Shown here one piece after another: positions 9,851 to 17,439 of a stretch of 64,000 nt of DNA. The stretch is from NCBI GenBank assembly GCA_963747605.1, contig CAVVGA010000012.1, positions 119,471-183,470 on the forward strand, in the 5' to 3' direction. The notes beneath the pieces are model-generated. The model ran no database searches, had not been told where the DNA came from, and saw only the letters and a list, made by a program, of their open reading frames with translations. The translations under genes were made by a program, and so were the position numbers. Source of the stretch: an uncultured Acidobacteriota bacterium (GTDB lineage Bacteria > Acidobacteriota > Terriglobia > Acidiferrales > UBA7541). Numbering within the stretch: the stretch's first letter is position 1; the number at the start of each line of letters is the position of its first letter.

Positions 9851-9881
9851 CGTTTGAAGTTCCAATTTGGAACCTCAAACG
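9851..9881 (+). terminator. strong hairpin downstream of vapC (possible terminator, no clear U-tract)
   Basis: CGTTTGAAGTTCC-AATTT-GGAACCTCAAACG, with 12 of 13 stem positions paired. Confidence 0.35.
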
Positions 9882-9960
9882 GGCCGGGTCATCGGCGGCC
9901 TGCGCGGTCTAGCTGATTCCGATCCCGGCTCGTACGACACAGTAGAGAATTAGCCCCAGC

Positions 9961-10287
9961 ATGAAAAGTACGTGCTTCTATTGCGACCTCCCGTTGCGCG
10001 ACCCCGATATACCGGACGCAGTCGCGCTGAGCTGGTTCGGCAGCCGTTCCGGCGGCCCGGGTTCACGAAAGCTCCTGCGATATTTAAGAACCACCACCGA
10101 GCATCTAATCCGCAAGACCGACGGCGGATTGGATGACCCATTAAATCTCACGCGCGCTCACAACTATTGCAACACCACTCGCGGAGAACGCTCAGTTTCT
10201 GAACACAAGGCTTACATATTGCGTTCTCTGTCTGACGGCTCTCACCCGTTTTCCGCATTTCAACCATCGTCGTTTCGCGCACGCTAA
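9961..10287 (+). CDS. small HNH-type endonuclease-like protein
   Basis: 108 aa. It has CFYC near the N-terminus and then TTEHLIRKTDGGLDDPLNLTRAHNYCN, i.e. the H...N...H/CxxC(N) pattern of HNH nucleases. Confidence 0.65.
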   Translation: MKSTCFYCDLPLRDPDIPDAVALSWFGSRSGGPGSRKLLRYLRTTTEHLIRKTDGGLDDPLNLTRAHNYCNTTRGERSVSEHKAYILRSLSDGSHPFSAFQPSSFRAR

Positions 10288-10302
10288 ATTCTCACCATCT
10301 TT

Positions 10303-10314
10303 ATTATCACATCG
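10303..10314 (+). repeat. ATTATCACATCG, third (partial) copy of the island repeat
   Basis: It shares 12 nt with 12055..12066. It lies between the convergent HNH and Sel1 genes. On the minus strand it reads CGATGTGATAAT. Confidence 0.35.
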
Positions 10315-10393
10315 AAATTTTGGACGCAGTTTCAACCACTGTGCAAGTCACCAAATTGAAAGCCGATTGTTAGACGAACGGGACGGAAACCTG

Positions 10394-12049
10394 TCACTTC
10401 CTGTCTAAGTGATTTTCTTCCAGGAATTCAGACACGTCGCGTGCGACCGCATCTCTTTGTTTTGTGTTCAGCTTCTTCTCAAGTGCCCCGTTATCACGTG
10501 GACAGTCTTTGTCGATGATGATGAGGCTCGGATGTGGTCCCTCGTCGGCACAGATTCTTAGCCAATAGTAGGCTTGCCTGTAGCGTTTGTGCTTCAGGGC
10601 GAACTCGCATAGACGGAATTGCGCGTGGTGGTTTCCCTGCGCGGCCGCGAGCGCATAAAGACGATTCGCCTCCTGTTTGTCAGCAACCACCCCGCTGCCA
10701 TCAAAGTACCAGTCCGCCATCACCGCTTGCGCGTCGCTGAATCCCTGACCTGACGCTTTCTTCATCAACGCCGGAGCATCTTCAGTGTCGGTCCGCTCGT
10801 AATAAGCGTCATAAGCGATCTCGAATTGCGCTGGTGCGTATCCCATAGCAGCCAACCTTTTACGCACGTACGATTCATCGATTAGGCCCATGCTGTCTTC
10901 ATACTTTTGGAGCTGTTCCCTGGCCTCCATATTGCCGTCCTGGGCGATGGGCAAAAGTATGTCTATCGCTTTTCTGTAATCACCCGCATGCAGTGCTTCC
11001 TCGCCATCTTGGATCGTGAAAGTTTTCGGTCTCAGGTACCACCATAAAGCTGTCGCACAAATGACCGACACGCCAATTCCGATTAAGGCGTTCCTCCGGT
11101 GTCGTTTCGGGCCCGGGACGTTCCAAAACGCAGAGCGAGGCTCGGTCTGGGCCTCGGTGCCTGGGCTGTTTTCCAGGAAATCATTCTCTGCCAAGATCGC
11201 CATAATGTCGGAACGGAGAGTCGTCAATAAAGCGTTTGGAAACCACCTAGACATTTTTGCCCACGCGGAAATACAACATGGTACTGCGCCAAGGAGAACG
11301 ACTGCGGTGAGCAACGTTACTACCCTGGCCCCGGTACCATCCTCACTTCCGAACAATTGAAATATCCCGGAGATTCCGACCAGGGACAGCGCGCTAATCG
11401 TCAGAATATTCCGTAGTTCAGACTTTCGTTCGATTGCCACATCGACCGAGGCAATATAAGGTGCTGGTTCCTCCGTCAGTTTCAGTGTTGGCGAAGGGGT
11501 GGTCTCCCGGACGGTCTTCAACCTAAACCTAGCCGATACGTCACACGCGCAAAGTGAATCGCGATAGACTTGCGTTCGGAATAGATATCGCTGATCGGCG
11601 TAGTCATTGATTTCCGCCCCACGCCCGGCAGGGAATCGCTCCGTCAGAAGCTCTTTAACTTGGTCCCGGACTTTCTTAACGAGGTCGGCACTCGGAGGGG
11701 TTGCAAGCCCTACAGAAAAAGCTTTCCGCGACGAAAAGGCAGCCGCTTCGGCCTTGTCCACCGCTTCGATAACTTCTGATCCGCCCTCCTCAAAAACATG
11801 GACCAGCCAAACGAATACAAACAACGAGCAAAATGCGAAGAAACTTGCGGTTCCCGCATTTTTCTGTGAGAACTGCTTGATCGTCTCTAACAGAACGCCG
11901 AAGAGGGCTCCAATTCCTAAGACTTTCTTCAACATGCGATGCCGCTCGGGTTTGATGAAGTCGAACGCATAGGTCGTCAAACGAACAGCGAGGGCACGAC
12001 CGGAGGTCCGCCCTGACAGTCCCCCTGCTCGGCAGAATATTTTCCGCAA
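10394..12049 (-). CDS. multi-pass membrane protein with C-terminal Sel1-like repeats, function unknown
   Basis: 551-aa ORF. The likely true start is M39 at 11935 (MLKKVLGIGALFGVLL). There are several hydrophobic helices. The C-terminus carries Sel1/TPR-like units (AQAVMADWYFDGSGVVADKQEANRLYALAAAQGNHHAQFRL). Confidence 0.7.
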   Translation of the reverse strand: MRKIFCRAGGLSGRTSGRALAVRLTTYAFDFIKPERHRMLKKVLGIGALFGVLLETIKQFSQKNAGTASFFAFCSLFVFVWLVHVFEEGGSEVIEAVDKAEAAAFSSRKAFSVGLATPPSADLVKKVRDQVKELLTERFPAGRGAEINDYADQRYLFRTQVYRDSLCACDVSARFRLKTVRETTPSPTLKLTEEPAPYIASVDVAIERKSELRNILTISALSLVGISGIFQLFGSEDGTGARVVTLLTAVVLLGAVPCCISAWAKMSRWFPNALLTTLRSDIMAILAENDFLENSPGTEAQTEPRSAFWNVPGPKRHRRNALIGIGVSVICATALWWYLRPKTFTIQDGEEALHAGDYRKAIDILLPIAQDGNMEAREQLQKYEDSMGLIDESYVRKRLAAMGYAPAQFEIAYDAYYERTDTEDAPALMKKASGQGFSDAQAVMADWYFDGSGVVADKQEANRLYALAAAQGNHHAQFRLCEFALKHKRYRQAYYWLRICADEGPHPSLIIIDKDCPRDNGALEKKLNTKQRDAVARDVSEFLEENHLDRK

Positions 12050-12063
12050 TTAACATTATCACA
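12048..12063 (+). repeat. 16-nt exact direct repeat AATTAACATTATCACA (copy 2), candidate promoter of the Sel1 gene when read on the minus strand
   Basis: Identical to 8994..9009. The reverse complement TGTGATAATGTTAATT contains TG-n-GATAAT. Confidence 0.5.
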
Positions 12064-12387
12064 TCGCAGAATTCGCCAGAATTATGGCCGCAATTTCCTT
12101 CGTCATTGCCTCAAGTGGAAGCACTGCCGGGAAAAGAATCTTCAGGTTCTTGCCGATGTCCACACGCATCCGGACAACTACATCAGTCAAAGTTCAATCG
12201 ACCAGCGAAATCCCATGATCCCGGTGAAGGGTCACACCGCCATAATCGTCGCTAATTTCGGGCGGACCGGTTGGTGGTCGCTTTCCACTGTCGGCGTATA
12301 CGAGTATCTGGGCGATTTCAAATGGCGCACGCACGGCGCATCCCAAAAACCTCGCCGGGTCAGTCTGGTTGCCTGGTGAATTTTGAA

Positions 12388-13785
12388 ATGAACGAGCCTG
12401 AAGCGCGTATTTCCCGAATCTCGAAAGTTCTCATTGACCGCGATCAGATGACGACGGACGCGGTATTGGCGCGGAGGAAACTGTACAGGGTCGCACTGCG
12501 GTGCGGACCCGACGTCGCGCGATCGCGCACTCTGCAGCTCGCCGTGCTGACAGCGGCCAACATTGCGAATCGCTGTTTTCCGGGCGCCGTCAAGATCGTG
12601 CTTGAGCCAAGCCTGAAGAACGCCTCGCTCCTGCTCTGGCCCTCACTCGAACAAACCTTCGGACAGACGCTCATCAGTCTTCTCGGGCCGGATGTGCTGA
12701 TATCGCCGGACAATTTCGAGCCGGATGGCCCGGTTCTGCTTTTCGGCGACGTTCCGTCCACGCCGCATGCGTTGCGCGTCACGTTCGACGGGTGGGTCGC
12801 GAAAGTCGGTCCCGCCGAAGCCGTAAGCCCCCTGCCTCAGCGGGAGTATTGCTCGCTGGCGGGCGTTCTGGCGGCCGCTCTGGCGATCGCCGAATTATTT
12901 TTTTCGTTCGCCGAGATCAGCATTGAAGCAACCCGACGAACCGTCGGACTGTCGCTGTGGCGACCCGACCTCGACATCAATGATCCAGCAGCGCTCGGAA
13001 TTCAGGTCCAATTTCTTCCGCGTGAAGTATGGGCCTTGGGCCTGGGACATCTCGGCAATGCTTATCTCTGGTCGCTCGCGACACTGCCGTATGCAGATCC
13101 GGGAACCGTTGAAGTGTCCCTGAACGATTTCGACAGGATCGAGCCCGACAACGCGGATACCAGCCTGCTTTTTGATGCCGGCGACGAAGGATCATACAAG
13201 ACGCGCGTATGTTGCCGGTGGCTTGAAGCCCGTGGCTTTCGGACCAGGCTGATCGAGCGCCCCTTCGATTCTAATTTCCGCTGCCGCATCGAGGAGCCCA
13301 GGCTGGCGCTTTGCGGTTTCGATTCGAATGAGGTGCGCAGAGAGCTTGCAACCGCCGAATTTCGTCGCGTCATGGAAAGCGGTTTGGGTGGAACCGCAAA
13401 CAACTTCGATACGATCAGTTTTCACACGCTGCCGAACCCGCGCAGCATCGAAGAATTGTGGCCTGTCCCCACGGCAGATGAAAAAAATGCACAAGCGCAA
13501 GAGCTGGAAAGAATGGCGCGGGAAAACCCTGCTTACGCCCGGCTCGATGACAATGATTGCGGCCGTGCCGCGCTCGCGGGAAAATCCGTCGCCGTCCCGT
13601 TCGTCGGCGCCGCCGCCGCGACTATAGTTCTTGCCGAGGCAATCAGGCTCTTACATGGAGGACCGGCGTACACCGATATCAAGCTCGTGCTTTCAGACCT
13701 CACCAGGAGATTCGCCCAAACGGAGCGCAACTATGCGGCGCAGGATCTCGCGGGATTTAAATATTCAGCAGGCCGGGTGCAGTGA
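12388..13785 (+). CDS. E1-like / ThiF-family adenylyltransferase, orphan (no Ubl, E2 or JAB partner seen)
   Basis: The ORF track gives 12271..13785; the likely start is the ATG at 12388 (MNEPEARISR). The Rossmann motif is VWALGLGHLGNAYLW. It is followed by LNDFDRIEPDNADTS, KTRV, CGFDSNEVRR and AVPFVGAAAATIVLAEAIRLL, as in E1 adenylation domains. The N-terminal ~200 aa resemble an inactive half-domain. Confidence 0.7.
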   Translation: MNEPEARISRISKVLIDRDQMTTDAVLARRKLYRVALRCGPDVARSRTLQLAVLTAANIANRCFPGAVKIVLEPSLKNASLLLWPSLEQTFGQTLISLLGPDVLISPDNFEPDGPVLLFGDVPSTPHALRVTFDGWVAKVGPAEAVSPLPQREYCSLAGVLAAALAIAELFFSFAEISIEATRRTVGLSLWRPDLDINDPAALGIQVQFLPREVWALGLGHLGNAYLWSLATLPYADPGTVEVSLNDFDRIEPDNADTSLLFDAGDEGSYKTRVCCRWLEARGFRTRLIERPFDSNFRCRIEEPRLALCGFDSNEVRRELATAEFRRVMESGLGGTANNFDTISFHTLPNPRSIEELWPVPTADEKNAQAQELERMARENPAYARLDDNDCGRAALAGKSVAVPFVGAAAATIVLAEAIRLLHGGPAYTDIKLVLSDLTRRFAQTERNYAAQDLAGFKYSAGRVQ

Positions 13786-13958
13786 GTCCGCAGTCCATGC
13801 AATCGTTCTTCGCGCGCCAGCCGCTCCGAGCCGACGAGGACAACAACTCTGGCGTCGTCGGCTTCACCGACATCGCCAGCGTGCACAGGTATCCATAAGA
13901 ATTTTGAACATACCGTGCTCCTCGATCCGTTAAACGAACTCAGTATTGGTGGAGAAAT

Positions 13959-14543
13959 CTATGACCGCGCGAATGCCAGCAGCGGACCGATGTCGTGGTT
14001 GTCGGCGGCCTGCAGTGCAGTGATATAGCGCTGGCGCATCGCGCCGGCATCCTGCAGGTTGGCGCGGCCCCACGAGAACCGCTCACCGCCGAGCTTCATC
14101 ACCAGAAGATCCGCCATCAGGCGGGCATGGCGGCCGTTGCCGTTCGGAAAGGGATGAATCTGCACCAGCCGGTGATGGAAGCGCACGGCGATCTCGTCGG
14201 GCGGATATGCCTTGTACTCGATCCACGCCTTGGTGTCGTCAAGCAATTGGCGTAGCGCGACGGGAATCTCATAGAAGGGAATCCCGAGATTGCGTTCGCT
14301 CGTCCTGAACTCGCCCGCCCAGCGCCACACGTCGCCGAGCATGCGCCCGTGCAGATCCTTGATGAATTTCTCGCTCAGCGGATCACGAGGGCGGTTGAGC
14401 GCCCAGTCCTGCGCGCGCGCGATATTCTCCTGCTCGGCCTCGTTCAGTTCGCGGCGATAGGCGATATGCGCGGGGATCAGGTCGCGCTTTTCCTCTGGCG
14501 TCAGCGGTGTCGCATCGTCCGGCTGCTCGAAAAGATCGCTCAA
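13959..14543 (-). CDS. Fic-domain protein ('mobile mystery protein B' type)
   Basis: 194 aa with the Fic motif HPFPNGNGRHARL. It sits directly downstream of an XRE-type partner. Confidence 0.85.
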   Translation of the reverse strand: MSDLFEQPDDATPLTPEEKRDLIPAHIAYRRELNEAEQENIARAQDWALNRPRDPLSEKFIKDLHGRMLGDVWRWAGEFRTSERNLGIPFYEIPVALRQLLDDTKAWIEYKAYPPDEIAVRFHHRLVQIHPFPNGNGRHARLMADLLVMKLGGERFSWGRANLQDAGAMRQRYITALQAADNHDIGPLLAFARS

Positions 14544-14546
14544 CGG

Positions 14547-15003
14547 CTAGTCCCAGAACAGTCGCGGATTCGTCTCGCGCACGATTTCATCGAGCCGCGC
14601 TTCGGCGTTTTTCGCCGGCACCTTCTGGTCCTCCAGCAACATCGAGTGCTCGACCGGCCCCCGGCGCTTCTGCGCGAACGCGCGCGCGCGCGTCGCGGAT
14701 GGTGCTTTCCAGCGGTTTGTTCGGCACGAGCGCATACACAAGCGTGCAGTCGAGCGCCTCGGCCACGCGCCGCAGCGTCGCCAGTTCGATGGTGCCCTTC
14801 GCCTCGGATTGTTCGAGTGCCACGAGGGAAGGCTGCTTGATCCCCAGCCGCTTCGCGAGCTGCGCTGTTGACATGCCGAGCGCCTCCCGGATAGCCTTGA
14901 TCCAGCCGCGGACGGGCGCAGCATAGCGGCTCGCCGGGCCCATTTCCCTGAAACGTTCGTCGAGTTGCGAGCGGGATTGAGTAGCAAGTCTGGCTTTTTT
15001 CAT
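14547..15003 (-). CDS. XRE-family HTH protein ('mobile mystery protein A' type), one frameshift
   Basis: The N-terminus lies in ORF 14587..15003 (GWIKAIREALGMSTAQLAKRLGIKQPSLVALEQ). The C-terminus lies in ORF 14547..14987 (VEHSMLLEDQKVPAKNAEARLDEIVRETNPRLFWD). The frames switch near the (GC)n run at about 14680..14700. Confidence 0.75.
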
Positions 15004-15012
15004 AGGTCACAT

Positions 15013-15084
15013 CCTATTGCTAGCATATATTCCAATAGACCATAACCTATCGTAACAGTGTATGTCAATAGGCTATAGGCTATC
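15013..15084. promoter_or_regulatory. AT-rich region with about six iterated CCTAT/ATAGG half-sites upstream of the XRE/Fic pair (candidate operator/promoter)
   Basis: CCTATTG (15013), CCAATAG (15032), CCTAT (15046), CAATAGG (15066), and tandem TAGGCTA-TAGGCTA (15069..15082). Confidence 0.3.
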
Positions 15085-15448
15085 AGAATTTTAATCGGGC
15101 TCTCTCGCCGCCAAGCAGAGCATTTTGCAAAACCTTATAATAAGGACCATTTGTTGCGTGCCCGGCTTGTCGTCGGCCGGGCTTTACGCGCCCTTCGGGC
15201 TCCCCGAGCCTCTCGTCTCGGCCATCCGGTGACAATCCCTCACGCGAGAAAGCGGGGCGTGCCGCCCCCTCCCGTCAAGCACTGGACGCGAAGCGCGGGC
15301 CGAGGGGTGTCCCCCGCCTTCCTCCGCGATGCTCCGTGCAGGCCGGGTGATCCCCCTCCCCTCGTCCCGGTGCTGGACGGAAGTCCCCGCTCATTGGCGC
15401 TGGCCTAGCAGGGTTGCATGCCAACCCCGTCAGCAAGGAGAGAAGCCC

Positions 15449-15814
15449 GTGAGTGATGAGAAAGCAAAACAGATTGCGGAAATGAACGACCGTTTCCGGC
15501 TGAATTTCTACGTGCCGTGTTTCGGGCCCCGGGCCGTTCCCGGACACATTGTGTGCACCGCCGGGATCGCGGCGCTGCCGCCGGAGACGCAGATATCGAT
15601 CTGGGCGCAAGTTGCAGACTTTGACGATTTCACGGAAGACGACATCTACGGCGAGCACGATTTCGGAGCTTTCAGAATGGAAGGCGTCCCGGAAAAGATT
15701 TTCTGGAAGATCGACTATTACGCTGACAAATCCTGCGCGACCGGCTCCGAAGATCCTGCCGATCCGGCACAGACGTTCAGCGTGCTCACCATCATGCTGG
15801 CGTCGGAGTATTGA
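15449..15814 (+). CDS. DUF3768-family protein (common on plasmids/ICEs)
   Basis: GTG start at 15449, preceded by AAGGAGAGA. The sequence SDEKAKQIAEMNDRFR...GEHDFGAF...FWKIDYYADKSCATGSEDPADPAQTFSVLTIMLASEY matches my memory of DUF3768 proteins. Confidence 0.85.
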   Translation: MSDEKAKQIAEMNDRFRLNFYVPCFGPRAVPGHIVCTAGIAALPPETQISIWAQVADFDDFTEDDIYGEHDFGAFRMEGVPEKIFWKIDYYADKSCATGSEDPADPAQTFSVLTIMLASEY

Positions 15815-15817
15815 GTC

Positions 15818-15961
15818 ATGACCGCAGAAAACGCCGCCTTCAATCCCGCCGTCGCCGGCATCGCCATGGCCGTCGCCACCGCCGCCACCACCATCACCGA
15901 CAACAGCACCAGCAGCAACAGCACCACCACCATCACCACCATGATGATGGAGAAATCGTAA
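15818..15961 (+). CDS. possible 47-aa Thr/Ser/Ala-rich micro-ORF in a (CAN)n low-complexity tract
   Basis: MTAENAAFNPAVAGIAMAVATAATTITDNSTSSNSTTTITTMMMEKS. The ATG lies 3 nt after the DUF3768 stop. Its TAA overlaps the next ATG (TAATG). It is not in the ORF track (shorter than 60 aa). Confidence 0.2.
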   Translation: MTAENAAFNPAVAGIAMAVATAATTITDNSTSSNSTTTITTMMMEKS

Positions 15962-16275
15962 TGGACAACTACCGCACTGAACGGCTGACATGGCAGGGAA
16001 TCGTTATCGAAGTCCGCTACGACCCGGACTGGCTTGAGTCTTACCGCGAGACCTACGGTTATCCCCTCGCCCATCTTGAAATCGAATCAATCACTCCGGC
16101 GAAGGCGCCGCTGCCGATGACCGAGACCGGCTACCGCTCATGGTTCGGAGCGCCTGCCGATTTGGAGTCAGACGGCGGCCCTGTCGAATTCGTGCGCCTG
16201 TGGCTCGAACATGAAGCCCGGTCCGATTCATGGAAAGCCGCGCAGGCAGAGCGCCGCCAGCTCACGCTTTTCTGA
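15961..16275 (+). CDS. hypothetical protein (104 aa)
   Basis: MDNYRTERLTWQGIVIEVRYDPDWLESYRETYGYPLAHLEIE... has ordinary composition from the ATG at 15961. The upstream part of ORF 15811..16275 is a His/Arg/Gln-rich artefact-like extension. Confidence 0.55.
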   Translation: MDNYRTERLTWQGIVIEVRYDPDWLESYRETYGYPLAHLEIESITPAKAPLPMTETGYRSWFGAPADLESDGGPVEFVRLWLEHEARSDSWKAAQAERRQLTLF

Positions 16276-16598
16276 TTTGTCCAACGGTAATCGCAGCCCG
16301 TCCGTCGTTTCCCGCGATGCGGACGTGCGGCCCAGCACACCGTGAAGATTGTCGTCACTCCTCCCGACACTTACTTACCGTGATTTTGGCGCGATACATC
16401 CGCCTTCTTTTTCCCACCCTTTCTCCTGGGCACGGCTTCGGGATAATTCCTGCGCCCGGCGGTTTCGGTGCCTCTGCTTTTCCGGTTCCTCCCGTAAATC
16501 GTCGGGTCCCTCCCGAAATGCGGCCCCTCGCCTTGGGAGCAGTATCCGCTCGCTTTTGGGGTGCCCCATCGAAGAGGGCAGAAAAAGGAGAAACACAG

Positions 16599-17024
16599 AT
16601 GTATCTCAACACGATCCAAATCATCGGCTTTGTCGGAAAAGATCCGGAGCGACGCCAGCTTCAGGGCAAGGACGCCGCGTACACCGTCTTCTCGGTCGCC
16701 ACGCAGCGTTCATGGAAAAACGCGCAAGGCGAGTGGCAAAAGCGGACCGAATGGCACCGCGTTGTGGCGTGGAGCAAGCTCGGCGAAATCGCTACCGCGC
16801 AGCTCCGCAGCGGCGATCACGTTCACGTCCAGGGCCGACTTGTCAGCAGCACATACGACAAGTACTACGGCAACGGCAAGAAACCGACTGTCGTGAAGCA
16901 AACGTTCTGGCAGGTTCGCGCCGACGCGATGCGCAAACTGAATCGGGCTGAATCACACCCCGGTTCAGCGCCCGGCGCTGCAAACCAAGGTCCGTCGAAC
17001 GACGCAGACGCAGCCCCTTTCTGA
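16599..17024 (+). CDS. ssb: single-stranded DNA-binding protein
   Basis: ATG at 16599 preceded by AAAGGAG. The OB-fold sequence is MYLNTIQIIGFVGKDPERRQ...TEWHRVVAWSKLGEIA...GDHVHVQGRLVSSTY. The tail is acidic and ends in PF. Confidence 0.85.
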   Translation: MYLNTIQIIGFVGKDPERRQLQGKDAAYTVFSVATQRSWKNAQGEWQKRTEWHRVVAWSKLGEIATAQLRSGDHVHVQGRLVSSTYDKYYGNGKKPTVVKQTFWQVRADAMRKLNRAESHPGSAPGAANQGPSNDADAAPF

Positions 17025-17040
17025 CATTCCCGCAAACCGG

Positions 17041-17074
17041 GGCCTCGGCATCCGCCGGGGCCCTTGTTTTATTT
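17041..17074 (+). terminator. rho-independent terminator after ssb
   Basis: GGCCTCGGC-ATCC-GCCGGGGCC (9-bp stem with one G-U) followed by CTTGTTTTATTT. Confidence 0.6.
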
Positions 17075-17439
17075 CAGCGCCCGAAACATCCCACTTTCGC
17101 GCGCATGGGCGCGTGGAGCACTTGACCGCTGCGCGCGCCCGCTAAATCGACAGCCCGTCCGCTGAACTCATCAGCGCGGAAGTTCAGCCCCGAACACTGC
17201 GCCGCGATTTTCTTTTTTTCCGTTTCCTTCTGTCTGTTGTCAATCCTTGGCTCAGTTTGCCGGACCTGCCGCCGTCGTCAACGGGCGCCCGCGCCAGGCA
17301 ACCGTGTAACCCGTTGACCCCGGCGCCATACCGGTCCGGCCTTTTCCTCGTCATCGACCGCAACCAGGGAAAGGAAAAACCATGACCACTACGCAACCCG
17401 AACCGTTCCAAGAGCGGCACCGGCGGGCTCGTCACAGCC

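Noticed and set aside
12271-12387. Upstream 39 codons of the E1-like ORF (MVVAFHCRRIRVSGRFQMAHARRIPKTSPGQSGCLVNFE).
   Set aside because: It is Arg-rich and has no homology-like features. The ATG at 12388 gives a more natural N-terminus, although the true start is unverified.
15151-15408. 85-aa ORF in the GC-rich leader before the DUF3768 gene.
   Set aside because: It is Arg/Pro/Ala-rich, has no RBS and no motif. I treat it as non-coding leader (see the finding on 15100..15448).
15811-15960. His/Arg/Gln-rich N-terminal extension (MSHDRRKRRLQSRRRRHRHGRRHRRHHHHRQQHQQQQHHHHHHHDDGE) of the 154-aa track ORF.
   Set aside because: It uses a TTG start and its composition is typical of out-of-frame reading of a GC-rich triplet tract. 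A normal ATG (15961) starts the ordinary-looking part, so I call only 15961..16275 as the protein.
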